64,000 nt of DNA from Cetorhinus maximus (Eukaryota). Where the stretch lies: positions 10,788,001 through 10,852,000 of the forward strand of contig NC_135908.1 in the NCBI RefSeq assembly GCF_964194155.1. Direction: 5' to 3'. Numbering within the stretch: the first letter of the stretch is position 1; each line of letters opens with the position of its first letter. The translations under genes and the position numbers were made by a program. Under the pieces are notes generated by a model. That model saw nothing but the letters and a program-made list of their open reading frames with translations. It did no database searches and was not told the origin of the DNA. Positions 24,301 through 35,159 of this stretch are shown piece by piece.

Positions 24301-27300
24301 ATTCAGATCCACCCTGCCCTGTACACAGGGCAATATTCAGGTCCACCCTGCCCTGTACACAGGGCATTATTCAGGTGCACACTGTCCAGTATGCAGAGCA
24401 ATATTCAGGTGCACCCTGTCCTGTACACAGGGCAATGTTCAGGTGCACCCTGTCCTGTACACAGGGCAATATTCAGGTGCACACTGTCCAGTACACGGAG
24501 GAAGATTCAAGTAGGCACTGCCCATTATACAAAGCAATATCTGATGCACCATGTCCTGTAAGCAGAACAGTATTCGGTGTCTCTTGATGCTCCCGACATT
24601 CCACATTTCGCAGCAAAGGGGGAAGCAGCTTAAATGTATCCAGTGTAGCTTGAGGTTGTGTTCATTTTTTTTTCTTTATTCTTTCATGGGATGTGGGCAT
24701 CGCTGACAAGGCCAGCATTTGTTGTACGTCCCTAATTGCTCTTGAACTCAATGGCTTGCTAGGCCATTTCAGAGGGCAGTTAAGAGTCAACCACATTGCT
24801 GTGGGTCTGGAGTCACATGTAGGCTCGACTGGGTAAGGATGGCAGATTTCCTTCCCTAAAGGACGTTAGGGAACCAGATGGGTTTTTACAACAATTTATA
24901 GTTTCATGGCCACCATTACTGAGACTAGCTTTATATTCCAGATTTTATTAATTGAATTCAAATTCCACCAGTTGTCATGGTGGATTTGAACCCATGTTCA
25001 CAGGGCATGAGCCCGAGCCTCTGAACTACTAGTCCAGCAGCATTTCGAATACGTCCCCATCTCCCCCGCACCCCCCCAATGTACCTAATGCACCTTGGTA
25101 AGTGTGATTCAGGGCATTAACTGAATTTATCTACCAGAGAAAGGTTAGTGTCTTAGTGTTGGGTTCCTGCAAGAGAAGATGCTTGTCACGGACAGGCAAC
25201 ATTCTCTCTCTACTGCTCTGAATTTGCAGCAGCTTTTTAGTGGAGCTCAGTGCTCAAAATGAAGCTTTTCATCCATGTCGACCATGTGTCCCTTCATCAG
25301 AGGAGGAAGGAAGAGACCTGAGCTGTGTGATAGCCTCGGTTGTGCAGGTGATGTTGGACCCCCATTTCCGTACCATCCTGGGATTTCAGAGCCTGATTCA
25401 GAAGGAGTGGGTCGTGGCTGGTTACCGCTTCTTGGATCGTTGTAACCATCTTGGAGAGTCTGAGAAACATGAGGTGAGGATTACACCTGCTCTTCCTTCC
25501 TAACTTAAAATCAGGGTTTTTAGTTAGATTACAGCAGACTGCAGTAAGGCTGTGCTGGGAATTGGACAGATTGTGCACTCAACAGAGACCCCCTACGATC
25601 ACCTTCCAGTTTCAGCAGTAGGTTTAACCCTCTAATATGGTCAATAATTACATTAAAATTGCAGGACGGATTGTACCTTAGATCAAACAGTTACGTTTCG
25701 CATGAGCCCCACTGTAACAAGGAATTGTCCCAGGGTTAGTTTTTCTCACATAATCCCTCGCCCCCCACTATTTAGTTTAAAACCCTCTCTACAGCCCTAC
25801 TTATATGACTGACCAGAACGCTGGTCCCAGCATGGTTCAGATGAAGACAGTCCCAGCAGTACAACTCCCACTTGGCCCAGTACTGGTGCCAATGCCCCAT
25901 GAATTGAAACCCATTTCTGCCACAACAAATTTTGAGCCACGCATTTAACTCTCTAATCTTATTTGCCCTATGCCAATTTTCTCATGGTTTAGGTAATAAT
26001 CCAGGGATTACTGTTTTTGAGGTTCTGCCCATTAATTTAGCCCTTAGAAACGCATCTCTGAGAAGAATCTCTTTCCTAGTCTTACCAATGCCAGTGGTAC
26101 CTATGTGGGCCATGACAACGAGATCCTCCCCCCTCCCACTGTAAGTTCCTCTCCAGCCCAGAGCAGATGTCTTGAACCCTGGCATTGGGCAGACCACACA
26201 GCTTGGAGTGACGCTCTGTACTGCAGAGGAGCGCAGAGTGAAGCTCTCTACCGTCCCCAATACCACTATATTCCTGTTAAATCCTCCCGCTTGAATGGCT
26301 TCCTGCAGCAGGGTGCCATGGTCAGTTCGCTCATCCACCCTGCAGCTCCTGCTTTTGTCTGTATAGATTACAAGAATCTCAAACCTTTTGGACCAATGCA
26401 AAGGCTAAGGCTTCTCCAATTCTACCTTTGATTCTAATACCTGCCTTACTCGCAGTTGCATGTTCCTGTCTCTGACCAAACCAGACCACCCTATTCTAAA
26501 GGATGTGATGACCTCCTGGAACAAAGTGTCCGGGTAACTTTTCCGCTCCCTGGTGTTTGTGTCTGTAGTTTGGCCTCCAGCTCAATGACTTTGAGCTGAA
26601 GTTCCTCTAGCTGATGACACTGTGGATGTGTTTGCTTGGATCACACTGCTGACCATGAGCTAGCACATTCTGCAGCCACCACACATCATCTGCCCTGCCA
26701 TCTTTATAATGTTTAATTAATTATTTTGCTGATTAATTTAAATTCATGTCTCTACTTCTGACTGTGATTATATTATAATTTAATCAAATAAATTATTTAC
26801 TTACCCTAATTGAAATTCCCTAGTTAAGATAAATAGGAAAATTCAGCCAACCAAATGAGAAAAATATTCACCAATCAATCAACTACCTTTTTTTCTGTGA
26901 TATCACGCTTGATTTTTCTCAGAATGCAGCCAATCCGCTCTGGAGCCACGGACCGGACCGGACCGGACCGCCTTTCTCAGGGTCCTCCTCTGACCCATTC
27001 CTCTAGGTGTTGCTGACTGCCTTTCTCAGGGTGGTCTCCTTTCAAGCTACTCCCAGGTTTAGTTCTAATATTTTGGGGTCTAATTTTGACAGGGCTTCAG
27101 TTAGGAAACCCAGAGGAGGGTAAACTGACTTGGCTTGCCAATTCTTTTGGCTGCTCTTGGGGTTATTAATGCTCTGTAGCTGCATGCCTGCTATGTTTGA
27201 ACTTAGAGTGAGGCAGCTTGCTGTGATGTCCTAATTCTGATATGGATGCATTAAAGTATTAACTATACTGTGTTTTTCTTGCACTCAAGTGTCCCCTGTT

Positions 27301-29547
27301 TCTACTGTTCCTGGACTGTGTGTGGCAGCTACTGCAGCAATTCCCAGCTGCATTCGAGTTCACTGAGACATACCTGACTGTCTTATATGACAGCCTGAGG
27401 ATTCCCCTATTTGGCACCTTCCTTTTCAACAGCCCATATCAACGGATGCAACAGAGCCAGGTGGGTGCAGACAACGATAGAAGATACTGCCTGTTTGGAT
27501 CACTTTACCCTCATCTGAAGGTGTTGCCTGTTGGGATACAGTTTACCATCTGCTGAAGATGCTTCCTGTTGGGATACAGTTTACCTTCCCTGAAGGTGCT
27601 GACTGTTGGGGTAGTTTACCTTCCCCTGAAGGTGCTGACTGTTGGGGTCCAGTTTACCTTCCCCTGAAATTGCTGACTGTTGGGGTAGTTTACCTTCCCC
27701 TGAAGGTGCTGACTGTTGGGGTACTGCTGCTGGAAGCTTGCCGATGCTTTGTCCAGTGGTTACATAACCATGAGGGATGTTATAAACAGGGCCTGATACT
27801 GCCCTTCCCAAGTGTCCACATGCATTTGGGGCTTGGGTGTGTCTGGTTTGAATGAATGTACCACACTGGGAGCTGCACTAACTCAATGAGCTGTCTTAAT
27901 TACTGAATAAAATGTAATGTAAACAAACCACAGCAACACCGTGACCAGTGACTGAAACCTCACATAGTTAACATTTGGACATATTGCTAACTTACTTAAT
28001 TAGTCTACTAACTGTTAGATCTGTATTGAATTTACAGTGTCTGCAATGTTATACTTGGTGATTAGTTTAATTTAATTCTCTTCCATTAAATATAGGATTT
28101 TGCTGCTAACGGGAACCTACAAAGTGAAGGGAAAGGTCTGGAACTGCCCTCTGTCTGGAACTGGTCGCTGCAGTTCACGGCTAAAGATCTGTCATTGTTC
28201 AATAACCCTCTGTACGTTGGCAAAAGTGTGACATGTGTGCAGAATGGGACAATCAAATCCTTCAAAAGAGCAAAGGTGAGTGTGTCTGAGAGTTTGGGTA
28301 TTTGTTTCAAATGTTGTTTCGAGACTCCCATAAGATTGTTTCTTAGCCCCAGACTGTTTTCTCTCTGGTACCCTGGGGAGAATGGTGTTTTCTACAATGC
28401 CGGCCAACTCGACACTTCAACTCAGCTGTCACTAAAAGATAAACATTGTCGGGGACAGTAGGAATCCCAAGAGCTCAAGTTTCTTCCTCAGTAATATTTA
28501 TAGTTGATCTGGGGGAAGAGTAAAAATCCTAAGACCACAGTGCAGGGCAAGGCTGGGATTGGATAGATGCAAACTGGAGATGAGCTGTGGCGGGGGGAGT
28601 GGGGGATAGGGTTTTGGTGGGGTGGGGTGCGTGGGTGGGGGCTTCACTTGGGTGTGAAAGTCTAAATTGGAGGGAGGGTGAGGAGTTTGAGATAGTGGAA
28701 AGGAATCAGTCAGAGGAGAAGACTGTGCGACGTGCCTTGATTTTAAGGCAGCGAGAGAACTGTGTAGAAGGATCTCGAGAAGCAAGGAGTGAAAGCTGTA
28801 GGAGCCCGGAGACTGGAGGAGCTTTGAGAAAGATTGGAGAGGGTGGGGTGACTAATAGCTTTTCTCACTGCCCATCGCTGTTCTGTGACTGCTGTGAATA
28901 ATGGAGACTGCAGAAGCAGCTTGTTTACTTTACTGCTTATTTCTTATCAGAAGAATTCCTCCTCCTCCATCTATTCGGTGTACACGATGAAGAATGGAAA
29001 GCTCAGTGACCAGCTAGACTTCTTTCCGCGCAGAAACTCGATACAAAGACCGAGCCCTGATTTAGTGCAACTGAATGAGAGCTACAATTGCAACATGGAG
29101 CGTTACTTCAGGGACTGGCTCTCGAAGCCCTTGGACCTGCACGGAATCATTCTGCCACACCTCAGCAACGCGCATGCCCAGCTGTGGAAGCAATGTTACT
29201 TACGCTGGATCCCTGAGGCGCAGATCACCAACGGAGGATTTATCAGCGCCTTTCACAAGATCTCTTTACTGGCGGATGACATTGAAACTCTCCAGCAGCG
29301 TCTTCGTCAGTATTGGAGTGACTCCTGCCTATCCGGCTCTCCCAAGTCCTGCAGTCGCAGGATGTATTTCCGTGCCAAAGATTTCAGTGAAACACCTGGG
29401 ACGCTTGACTGTTTCTCCTCATCTTTTCCCTTCTCTCCTGTTGGGAACCTCTGTCGACGGAGCATTCTGGGAACGCCACTAAACAAATTCCTGCTCACTG
29501 CTGCCAAAACATGGCCTTCTACAGAAACCCTGGCCAACGAAGATTGA
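6225..29547 (+). CDS. MTMR10: Myotubularin-related protein 10 (pseudophosphatase), 5'-partial multi-exon gene
   Basis: 14 exons with GT-AG boundaries and consistent phase: 6225-6361, 13829-13901, 16945-17087, 19140-19230, 19957-20107, 20361-20448, 21193-21281, 21747-21877, 23102-23171, 23778-23848, 25301-25473, 27290-27460, 28096-28275, 28951-29547. Peptides VRKCIATDTS, LFETYSDWDREIKRTGA, QEEEGRDLSC and C-terminal STETLANED match remembered vertebrate MTMR10. The first ~40 codons were not located. Confidence 0.96.
6440..6695 (+). mobile_element. Old CR1 3' fragment
   Basis: ggagatttaatagaactgttcaaa...atctggaatgcactgcctgaa. Confidence 0.6.
6700..7790 (+). mobile_element. CR1 LINE, 5'-truncated (RT C-half and ORF2 C-terminus)
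   Basis: SSGVPQGSVLGPLLFSIYIND, LVRPQLEYCVQFW, RRLRGDLIEVYKI, RNFF...WNALP; one stop near 7000. Confidence 0.93.
8106..11715 (+). mobile_element. Large CR1 LINE: ORF1 SGNH-esterase half plus decayed ORF2 (APE endonuclease, RT)
   Basis: ORF1 motifs DSIVRG, VHIGTND, DGLHL (about 8240-8740); ORF2 YFNARSL, AVTETW, NYRAVSLTS, QHGF, DLSKAFDKV, GVPQGSVLGP, DDTK; 3' (ctatgact)n tail; many stops and frameshifts. Confidence 0.95.
12200..13310 (-). mobile_element. CR1 LINE, 5'-truncated
   Basis: ORF 12698-13102 WQMKFNAEKCEVMHFG...RPQLEYCVQFW. Confidence 0.9.
13829..13901 (+). CDS. MTMR10: MTMR10 coding exon
   Basis: ccacag|AAA...GCA G|gtatag; KFQYRNLLLEEHDISLTCVDQVVA. Confidence 0.92.
15075..15420 (+). 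mobile_element. tRNA-derived SINE (shark type)
   Basis: A-box-like tggcattgggg, B-box ggttcaaatcc, tail gggcaataaatgctggcc...cccacatcccatgaa plus A-rich end; homologous to 24665-25065. Confidence 0.8.
16348..16580 (+). mobile_element. Palindromic Penelope-like terminal element with 15-bp TSD
   Basis: About 86-bp inverted arms (16349-16434 / 16441-16526); TSD gagtcttcagggttg at 16333-16347 and 16581-16595. Confidence 0.75.
16945..17087 (+). CDS. MTMR10: MTMR10 coding exon
   Basis: gtccag|...AAG|gtgaaa; VNDERKKRKVLGPNQCLKFKPTELIIYCKDFRIIRFRFDESIPESARK. Confidence 0.93.
18355..18830 (-). mobile_element. L2 LINE 3' fragment
   Basis: PVQQHLDLKILILYFKTLYSLTPPHLNNLLQHYKPPRCLRSS resembles the L2 ORF2 C-terminus. 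Confidence 0.75.
19140..19230 (+). CDS. MTMR10: MTMR10 coding exon
   Basis: ttccag|ATC...TCA G|gtaaga; ICLVIAHYSQPKDLQLLFGFAYAKEKCHNS. Confidence 0.92.
19957..20107 (+). CDS. MTMR10: MTMR10 coding exon
   Basis: tcttag|...AG|gtaaga; DNMNGTDPEMDGLQTSLFETYSDWDREIKRTGASEWRVCSVNEHYATST. Confidence 0.92.
20361..20448 (+). CDS. MTMR10: MTMR10 coding exon
   Basis: tttcag|...CCA|gtgagt; LPEYFVVPSSLADEDLKQLVPSFNGDRIP. Confidence 0.92.
21193..21281 (+). CDS. MTMR10: MTMR10 coding exon
   Basis: ttacag|ATG...AG|gtaggg; MWCWHHWTGSALVRMANIKPGPKLRKHNT. Confidence 0.9.
21383..21590 (+). repeat. 33-bp minisatellite family array (about 6 units)
   Basis: gggggacagttcctgaaggtgctgactctcact repeats. Confidence 0.9.
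21747..21877 (+). CDS. MTMR10: MTMR10 coding exon
   Basis: tgttag|...G|gtgagg; ILKAIAQSHPEKSEVFKSDLDKNLPSISEVQAALVRLKQLCIN. Confidence 0.92.
22420..22930 (+). mobile_element. Degenerate L2 3' fragment
   Basis: gttcacccatcacccct...tttaaaatc...ttcaaatcc...tttgaccaag; similar to 44990-45535. Confidence 0.55.
23102..23171 (+). CDS. MTMR10: MTMR10 coding exon
   Basis: ttgtag|...AG|gtaaga; LFEETDEKWLSSLENTRWLEYVR. Confidence 0.92.
23245..23366 (-). mobile_element. Penelope-like terminal fragment with 12-bp TSD
   Basis: TSD ctgatattgagt at 23233-23244 and 23367-23378; ends in hairpin gagtc-cgtat-gactc next to aacgtttc. Confidence 0.7.
23778..23848 (+). CDS. MTMR10: MTMR10 coding exon
   Basis: tcatag|...CAG G|gtgagt; LFLKHSTELSQWVYSENISVIIQ. 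Confidence 0.9.
23885..24570 (+). repeat. 34-bp minisatellite (about 19-20 units)
   Basis: aatattcaggtgcaccctgtcctgtacacagggc repeats. Confidence 0.93.
24665..25065 (-). mobile_element. tRNA-derived SINE (same family as 15075-15420)
   Basis: T-rich tail, gggatgtgggcatcgctg, B-box complement ggatttgaacc. Confidence 0.8.
25301..25473 (+). CDS. MTMR10: MTMR10 coding exon (degenerate phosphatase P-loop)
   Basis: catcag|...GAG|gtgagg; EEEGRDLSCVIASVVQVMLDPHFRTILGFQSLIQKEWVVAGYRFLDRCNHLGESEKHE. Confidence 0.94.
25745..27050 (-). mobile_element. CR1 5' portion (5' UTR plus decayed ORF1), ORF2 absent
   Basis: VVMAHIGTTGIGK and RTSKTVIPGLLP esterase remnants; ORF1 end matches the end of the + copy near 8740. 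Confidence 0.7.
27290..27460 (+). CDS. MTMR10: MTMR10 coding exon
   Basis: ctcaag|TGT...CAG|gtgggt; CPLFLLFLDCVWQLLQQFPAAFEFTETYLTVLYDSLRIPLFGTFLFNSPYQRMQQSQ. Confidence 0.92.
27505..27725 (+). repeat. ~36-bp minisatellite sharing the cctgaaggtgctgact core
   Basis: ccctgaaggtgctgactgttggggtagtttacctt, about 6 copies. Confidence 0.85.
28096..28275 (+). CDS. MTMR10: MTMR10 coding exon
   Basis: atatag|GAT...AAG|gtgagt; DFAANGNLQSEGKGLELPSVWNWSLQFTAKDLSLFNNPLYVGKSVTCVQNGTIKSFKRAK. Confidence 0.92.
28951..29547 (+). CDS. MTMR10: MTMR10 last coding exon
   Basis: tatcag|AAG; ends SSSFPFSPVGNLCRRSILGTPLNKFLLTAAKTWPSTETLANED* (TGA 29545-29547). Confidence 0.95.
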   Translation, partial: KNSSSSIYSVYTMKNGKLSDQLDFFPRRNSIQRPSPDLVQLNESYNCNMERYFRDWLSKPLDLHGIILPHLSNAHAQLWKQCYLRWIPEAQITNGGFISAFHKISLLADDIETLQQRLRQYWSDSCLSGSPKSCSRRMYFRAKDFSETPGTLDCFSSSFPFSPVGNLCRRSILGTPLNKFLLTAAKTWPSTETLANED

Positions 29548-30111
29548 AGATCCCTAGATTGGGGACAGTGAGGCACTGGCATCCCAGTAAAGGCCAGAAG
29601 CTAAACCTAATCAAACTGAACACTGCTCTCTGACACTGATGATTAATGAATATGCAAAATGATATGTTAGAGATTTGCACAGATATTTTTAAGAGGAAGG
29701 AGACTAGAGGGAAAGCATTCGATGTTAGCACATCTCCGCTCCCAGAGGGTTTCTTAAATATTTCTTATGTTGAAGAAACCCTTGGTCTTTCTTCGAAGCA
29801 TAATTGCAGCCAAAAGCTGCCACTCATTGCCTGCTTTATGTTTGAAGTCCTTGTAATGGGTGGCACAGTGGGTTAGACACTGGCGTTTTACCTCTGGGAC
29901 CAGTCTGATGAGCTGAAACTCTGCTAGTTGTATGACCCTGACATAGAGTGACAATCTGACAGCAGTAACATTGCACTAATTGTAATCTCACTGGGTGCCT
30001 GAAATGAAAAGTGTTCCTCAGCACTAAGACCTCACACACCTTAATGACCAAGTTTGCCTAAAGAGTTTATAAAAATTCCAGTAATTTTTTTTTAAACAAA
30101 AGCTAGTCCTG

Positions 30112-30117
30112 AATAAA
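30112..30117 (+). terminator. Candidate proximal polyadenylation signal of MTMR10
   Basis: AATAAA about 565 nt after the stop, followed by T-rich sequence. Confidence 0.4.
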
Positions 30118-30597
30118 TTATTTTTTGTATATTTTAAAAACGGCACAATTTTTGACCAGCCTTGAATCCAGCTGGCTGCAAGGCAACTGTTGGGAGTTTG
30201 GGGTTGAGAATATCCCTGTGATGGGGAATTGCACTCCACCCAACCTCAGTGTGTTGTGTTCAGTTTAGAGATTCCTTCATACTAGAATAACTGAATTTGC
30301 TCAGTAGGAGCGAACGTCTCCAACCCCCACCCCCAGTTACCTCTCTCAGCAGTGCATTGTACAGCATGTGAGGCCTTTCACACTAATGCAACTAAACCTT
30401 GGTACAAGGAATACAGAGCATTAATCCTTTAACATCAAACCTTGGTCATTTGGCCTATTTCAATGGCTGATTGCTCTCACCATCATCCTGTGCACTCTGG
30501 TAACCTGGCTGAATGTTGCAGTGCTCACACTGACCACCCGATTCTCTATCCACCCATCAGTGAAGAAAATACGCCTCTGTTCAGTTCTTATTCTCCT

Positions 30598-31097
30598 TTC
30601 CTGAAGGTGCTGACTCTCACTGGGGGGGACAGTTCCTGAAGGTGTTGACTCTCACTGGGGGACAGTTCCTGAAGGTGTTGACTCTCATTGGGGGACAGTT
30701 CCTGAAGGTGCTGACTCTCACTGGGGGACAGTTCCTGAAGGTGCTGACTCTCACTGGGGGACAGTTCCTGAAGGTGCTGACTCTCATTGGGGGACAGTTC
30801 CTGCAGGTGCTGACTCTCATTGGGGGACAGTTCCTGAAGGTGCTGACTCTCAGTGGGGGACAGTTCCTGAAGGTGTTGACTCTCCCTGGGGGACAGTTCC
30901 TGAAGTTGCTGACTCTCAGTGGGGGACAGTTCCTGAAGGTGCTGACTCTCACTGGGGGACAGTTCCTGAAGGTGCTGACTCTCATTGGGGGACAGTTCCT
31001 GAAGGTGCTGACTCTCAGTGGGGGACAGTTCCTGAAGGTGCTGACTCTCACTGGGGGACAGTTCCTGAAGGTGCTGACTCTCACTGGGGGACAGTTT
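30598..31097 (+). repeat. 33-bp minisatellite (about 15 units) downstream of the MTMR10 stop
   Basis: Highly homogeneous gggggacagttcctgaaggtgctgactctcact. Confidence 0.95.
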
Positions 31098-33703
31098 GCT
31101 GGGCACAGGTAGACCTTGACTCTAAGTGACTGTTTCTCATGAACATCTGTAATAAGTATTGTTGGCAGCATTTTCGAGATGGGCAACCTCTCAGTCTCAA
31201 TTGTATTGTTAGCTGACACTGATGTGCAGCAGTTGCTGGATGGAAGGGAGCAGCAGGGACTCTGCTGGATATTTTCTTCTCATCCAGAAGTGCTAAAGCC
31301 CACGACAGTACCAGATCTTAGGGCTCAGCACTGCCAGACAGTGGGGCCTGGAACCCTATGGTCTCTGTGGCTGAGTAACATTCACTATAGTTCACAAAAT
31401 CATTTGTAAACCTCAACTTGGCTCCTACAACATTCCTCTCACCACACTGCAAGTGCCTGACCGTTGTAATTCTGAACTGTGATCAATTTTTACCCAACAT
31501 TATAATCACTTACAGCAGATATATTCTCCTAGTGTGGTAGAGTGTGGGAAGCCTGATATGAGACTTCTGTCAATGTAACTTACCACCAAAGGCTACAAAG
31601 AAACAGCTCGTATATCAGCTCAGAGTGGGTTGAAATTCTGAATTTATTCATGCAGGAAGTTGGTGGCTGAGCTGGTTTTGAAAACTTGTTTCTCCTTTTA
31701 GGGTGAAGCTGCGAGCTCGGCTTTACTCAGCCATGCTACCCAACTGTGCTACCACTTTGATCTGAGATGACTCTAGTCTAATGTTTTACTTCCACTGAAG
31801 ATTCTTTCAAGATGGCTGGGCATTTCTTTCAGGAGACAAGGAAAGTTGTGACTAATGGCTGTCTGCATTCGCAGTTACCCTCAGTGAGGATAACCTGAAA
31901 CTGTGCAATTGTCATTTTAAATCTAAAGACTTGTTATCTACACACAATGCTGAGCAGGAAAGCTGTAGAATTCGGAGGTGATAAGACTGTGAGGAAGGAT
32001 CTGATAGCTCAGCCTGGATCAATGAGCTGTCACTTCCATATGTCTCCGGTGTGGAATGAATCCTGGATTCTGCAGATTCCCATTGAGTGTCCTCTAACTA
32101 GCTTAAGTCGCACAAACATTGTAATTTCTCAGGCCCTGCCATCTCGGGTAGCAGAGCTGTGTTTAAGAAGCTTCATAAATCGAGATAGAGAATTCATAAA
32201 TTCTTAAGTGACATGAAAAACGCAGCATTTACACAGCAGGTTGGTCAGTCTGTGAAAAGTTAAAGTAAGCTGATGCTTTGGGTGAGTTTCAGCCACTGAA
32301 GGGTCATATCCCACATATTAATCTGTCTCTTCGCTTTCAGGTGTTGGTGACCTGCTGTATATTCCCACAGTTTGCACTTTTTCTCAGTAGGTTGGCGTCT
32401 GTTTTACTTTTTAATCTTTGAACTAGCAGAAACATTGAGAATTATTGACACAATCAGACGACTTCTGTGATCCTTCTTTATGACTTGTTCTGAGCTCTGA
32501 CAACAGCGGTTCAGTGATTGGTGACTAAAGTATGTTGTTGTGTAAAATGGATTTCTCCTCTAGATGTCTTCGCTGTGGGATCCTCCTCCGGATGTGCTTG
32601 GATTCCACAACAAACCCATTCCCAGAATAAGTTTAAATAAAAGGTTCTGGGAATAGGAATAAGAAAACGTTGGAAAAGCTTAGACAGCATCTGTAGAGCA
32701 TGGAGGAGAAAAGTGGGGGTGAATTTGGTGCCCATCTTCCTGGATACCTGATGAATGATAAAGAAAGGCACTGTTGCAGAACATTTCTTATGATCTTAAG
32801 GGCTGAGAGAGTTTGCTGACCAACCTGCACCTCTGGACTTGTCTGATACCTTAATTATATGTTTAATTTAAAGAAAATTACCTCTATATTAAAAATAGAA
32901 CTATTTTCTAGAATAATCAGTGAGCTATCTTTCCAGTCTGATTGCAGCTTAACCCAAAGCCATGTTATGTTCCCTGTGGTCAGTCTCCTCCTTGGCTGAG
33001 ACGCGATCTATCTACACACATTTCCCAGTGTTGAGTTAATTGCAGGTGGGGATACATTAATTAAGGTACATGAAGTGATTGTATTCTTATTTGCAATACA
33101 GTCCTTGCCATAAAATGTCCAACCAGAGCATTCTGTCCTGGAAGAGAGTGTTGGCTCAGACAAACAGAATCTTGCTCAGAATAAGTCTCGCCATATTAAA
33201 CAGAAAGAGTCCTACAAAACTGCCAGGAACCTCTGAATAGGGAATGTTTATAGTGAGCCTCTGCGGCTTGTTCATTATGAAACTTTTGCTTTGAATTACT
33301 GCAGTGTTTCAAACTCCAGTATCCTGGAGAATTATTCAGTAAGGGTTTGATCTGTTGAAGCTAAAGCATTAAAGCTAAAAATGAGGGAACCAGCAACTGC
33401 AGTCACTTGGGGAGTAGAGTAACTATTTCAAACCCTTTTGCATTTTAATATACAAATGTCTCCAATGCAGGATGTTTCTGCTTTCTTTGCACGTTGCACC
33501 CATCCTTGACACAATGTTATTGCTTTTCTTTGCTTGGTTATTCCTGTGTTATGCTATTTATTCAACGCCTGTTTTTATTTAATTCCAGGTTTAGCAGGTG
33601 TTTCTGTCAGCGGGTGTTGGAAGGGCTGGGTTTCAGCTGCTGTGCACTGTGTGCATTACAATGTATTTCAATACCTGTTCATCCTGTGTGCCTCAAATGA
33701 AGC

Positions 33704-33709
33704 AATAAA
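33704..33709 (+). terminator. Candidate distal polyadenylation signal of MTMR10
   Basis: AATAAA followed by TG/T-rich sequence; a further AATAAA at 32636-32641. Confidence 0.45.
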
Positions 33710-34169
33710 TACTTTGTTGTAAATGTTCCTTAACTTACCTGCCTAAAGCCTCCCATTGTATAATGAACATTATAGAGTGATGTGAAAATTCCAGGAGCAC
33801 TGTTGACCTGTTTGTGACATGCTGCAGTGCCTTTTCATCCCCAACAAAATCATCACTTTCAGCCATAGATTATTGTTTCATTAAATCTCCTGCGTCTATC
33901 CCAGGGTGAGGACCAGTGAAAGAAAAAAGAATTTCTCTGGCTGAGAACCCTTGGTAATGTATGCAAAGAAACTAGCTAAAATTAACAAGATATTGGGTTG
34001 TATTAATTGAATTATCCAGTATACACCAAATGCTGCATTTGATACTTTACAAGTTGCTTGTCTGGCTGCACCCTGAGGACTAGAACCAGTTTATGTTCCC
34101 CCTATATGGTCTAGAGGAAAGCAATAAGAACTAGCTTAAAAACCTCAGCTAGTGAGGCTCAAGGGCCTT

Positions 34170-34710
34170 GGTCTATTTACATTTAGAGCAATGTAAACTT
34201 AAGAGGCAACCTGATAGAGGTCTGTAAAATAATGAAAGGGTTGGATAGTATCCCTATTGACAGATTATTCCAGATAACAGTTTGAGGAGGACTGGGGAAC
34301 GTGGGTTTAAACTTTTGAAAAGTAGAAATAGATTGAATGGCAAGGGCTTCTCTTTTTCCAAAGAGTAGTGAGCCTCTTGAATGTGTTGCCAGCTCGTGTC
34401 AACTCTGCCTTCGAGAGGGAGCTGGATTGATTCCCGATTTGGAGGGTGGGGTTTGGCGAACACATCAGACAGATGATAATCTTTGAAAACATTGGGTATG
34501 GGAGATCTCTTTTGACTAGTTTTGATCACCTGAGGGGTCAGGGATGATTTTTCCATAGTAATTTTTCCTTTATTGGCCTTGGGTTCTTTTGTTTTTGCCT
34601 CTTCCAGATAAGAGGAGGAGAGGAGCATTTAGCTGTGATAGTCTAGCTATTGGGATAAGTTCAGGCTCAGTGGACCAACTGGTCTTTCCATGCCTGTTAA
34701 ATTCATTTGT
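34170..34710 (+). mobile_element. Degenerate CR1-clade LINE 3' fragment
   Basis: agaggcaacctgatagaggtctgtaaaataatgaaaggg (LRGDLIEVYKIMKG-like). Confidence 0.6.
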
Positions 34711-35159
34711 GGGCACACGGTGTCAGTCCTGTGTAAGATTTTGGGCTTGGGAGCCATAGATAACTAAAATAGTCGAGTATTTGTGATTAATTTTAAGGTA
34801 GAAGCAACGGTTTAGATCTAATGCATTAGTGCATTTCTTGACTCTGGGAGCCCCTGGTGTACTTGACGAGCTTAATGGGTGAGGCAGCTGGACTGTTTTA
34901 AAGTCAGAGAGAGGCACTTGCTACCATATACAGATAAAGCAGGAGTATGATGTTGAAATAGAGGATCAGCCTCGAAGGGCTGAATGACCTACTCCTGCTC
35001 CTATTTTCTATGGTTCTTACTCTTCAGGAGGCTGACTTTGCAATTTTCTGATTAATTTTGGAGCCCCAAGTCTGGCCATTGTTCAACTCTGCAGCAAGTG
35101 AGGCAGAGGGGCAATTTTGAAACCAGAGAGAGCCTGGCATTGAGACATTGATCATAAAA

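Noticed and set aside
23849-24587. 221-aa ORF and CRISPR-like periodicity
   Set aside because: Head-to-tail 34-bp minisatellite with no unique spacers and no cas genes, in a eukaryotic intron.
30588-31219. Long ORFs on both strands with 11-aa repeats ([22 protein letters not shown])
   Set aside because: A 33-bp unit is a multiple of three and stop-free in several frames; the same peptides recur at the other arrays, and there is no splice or start context.
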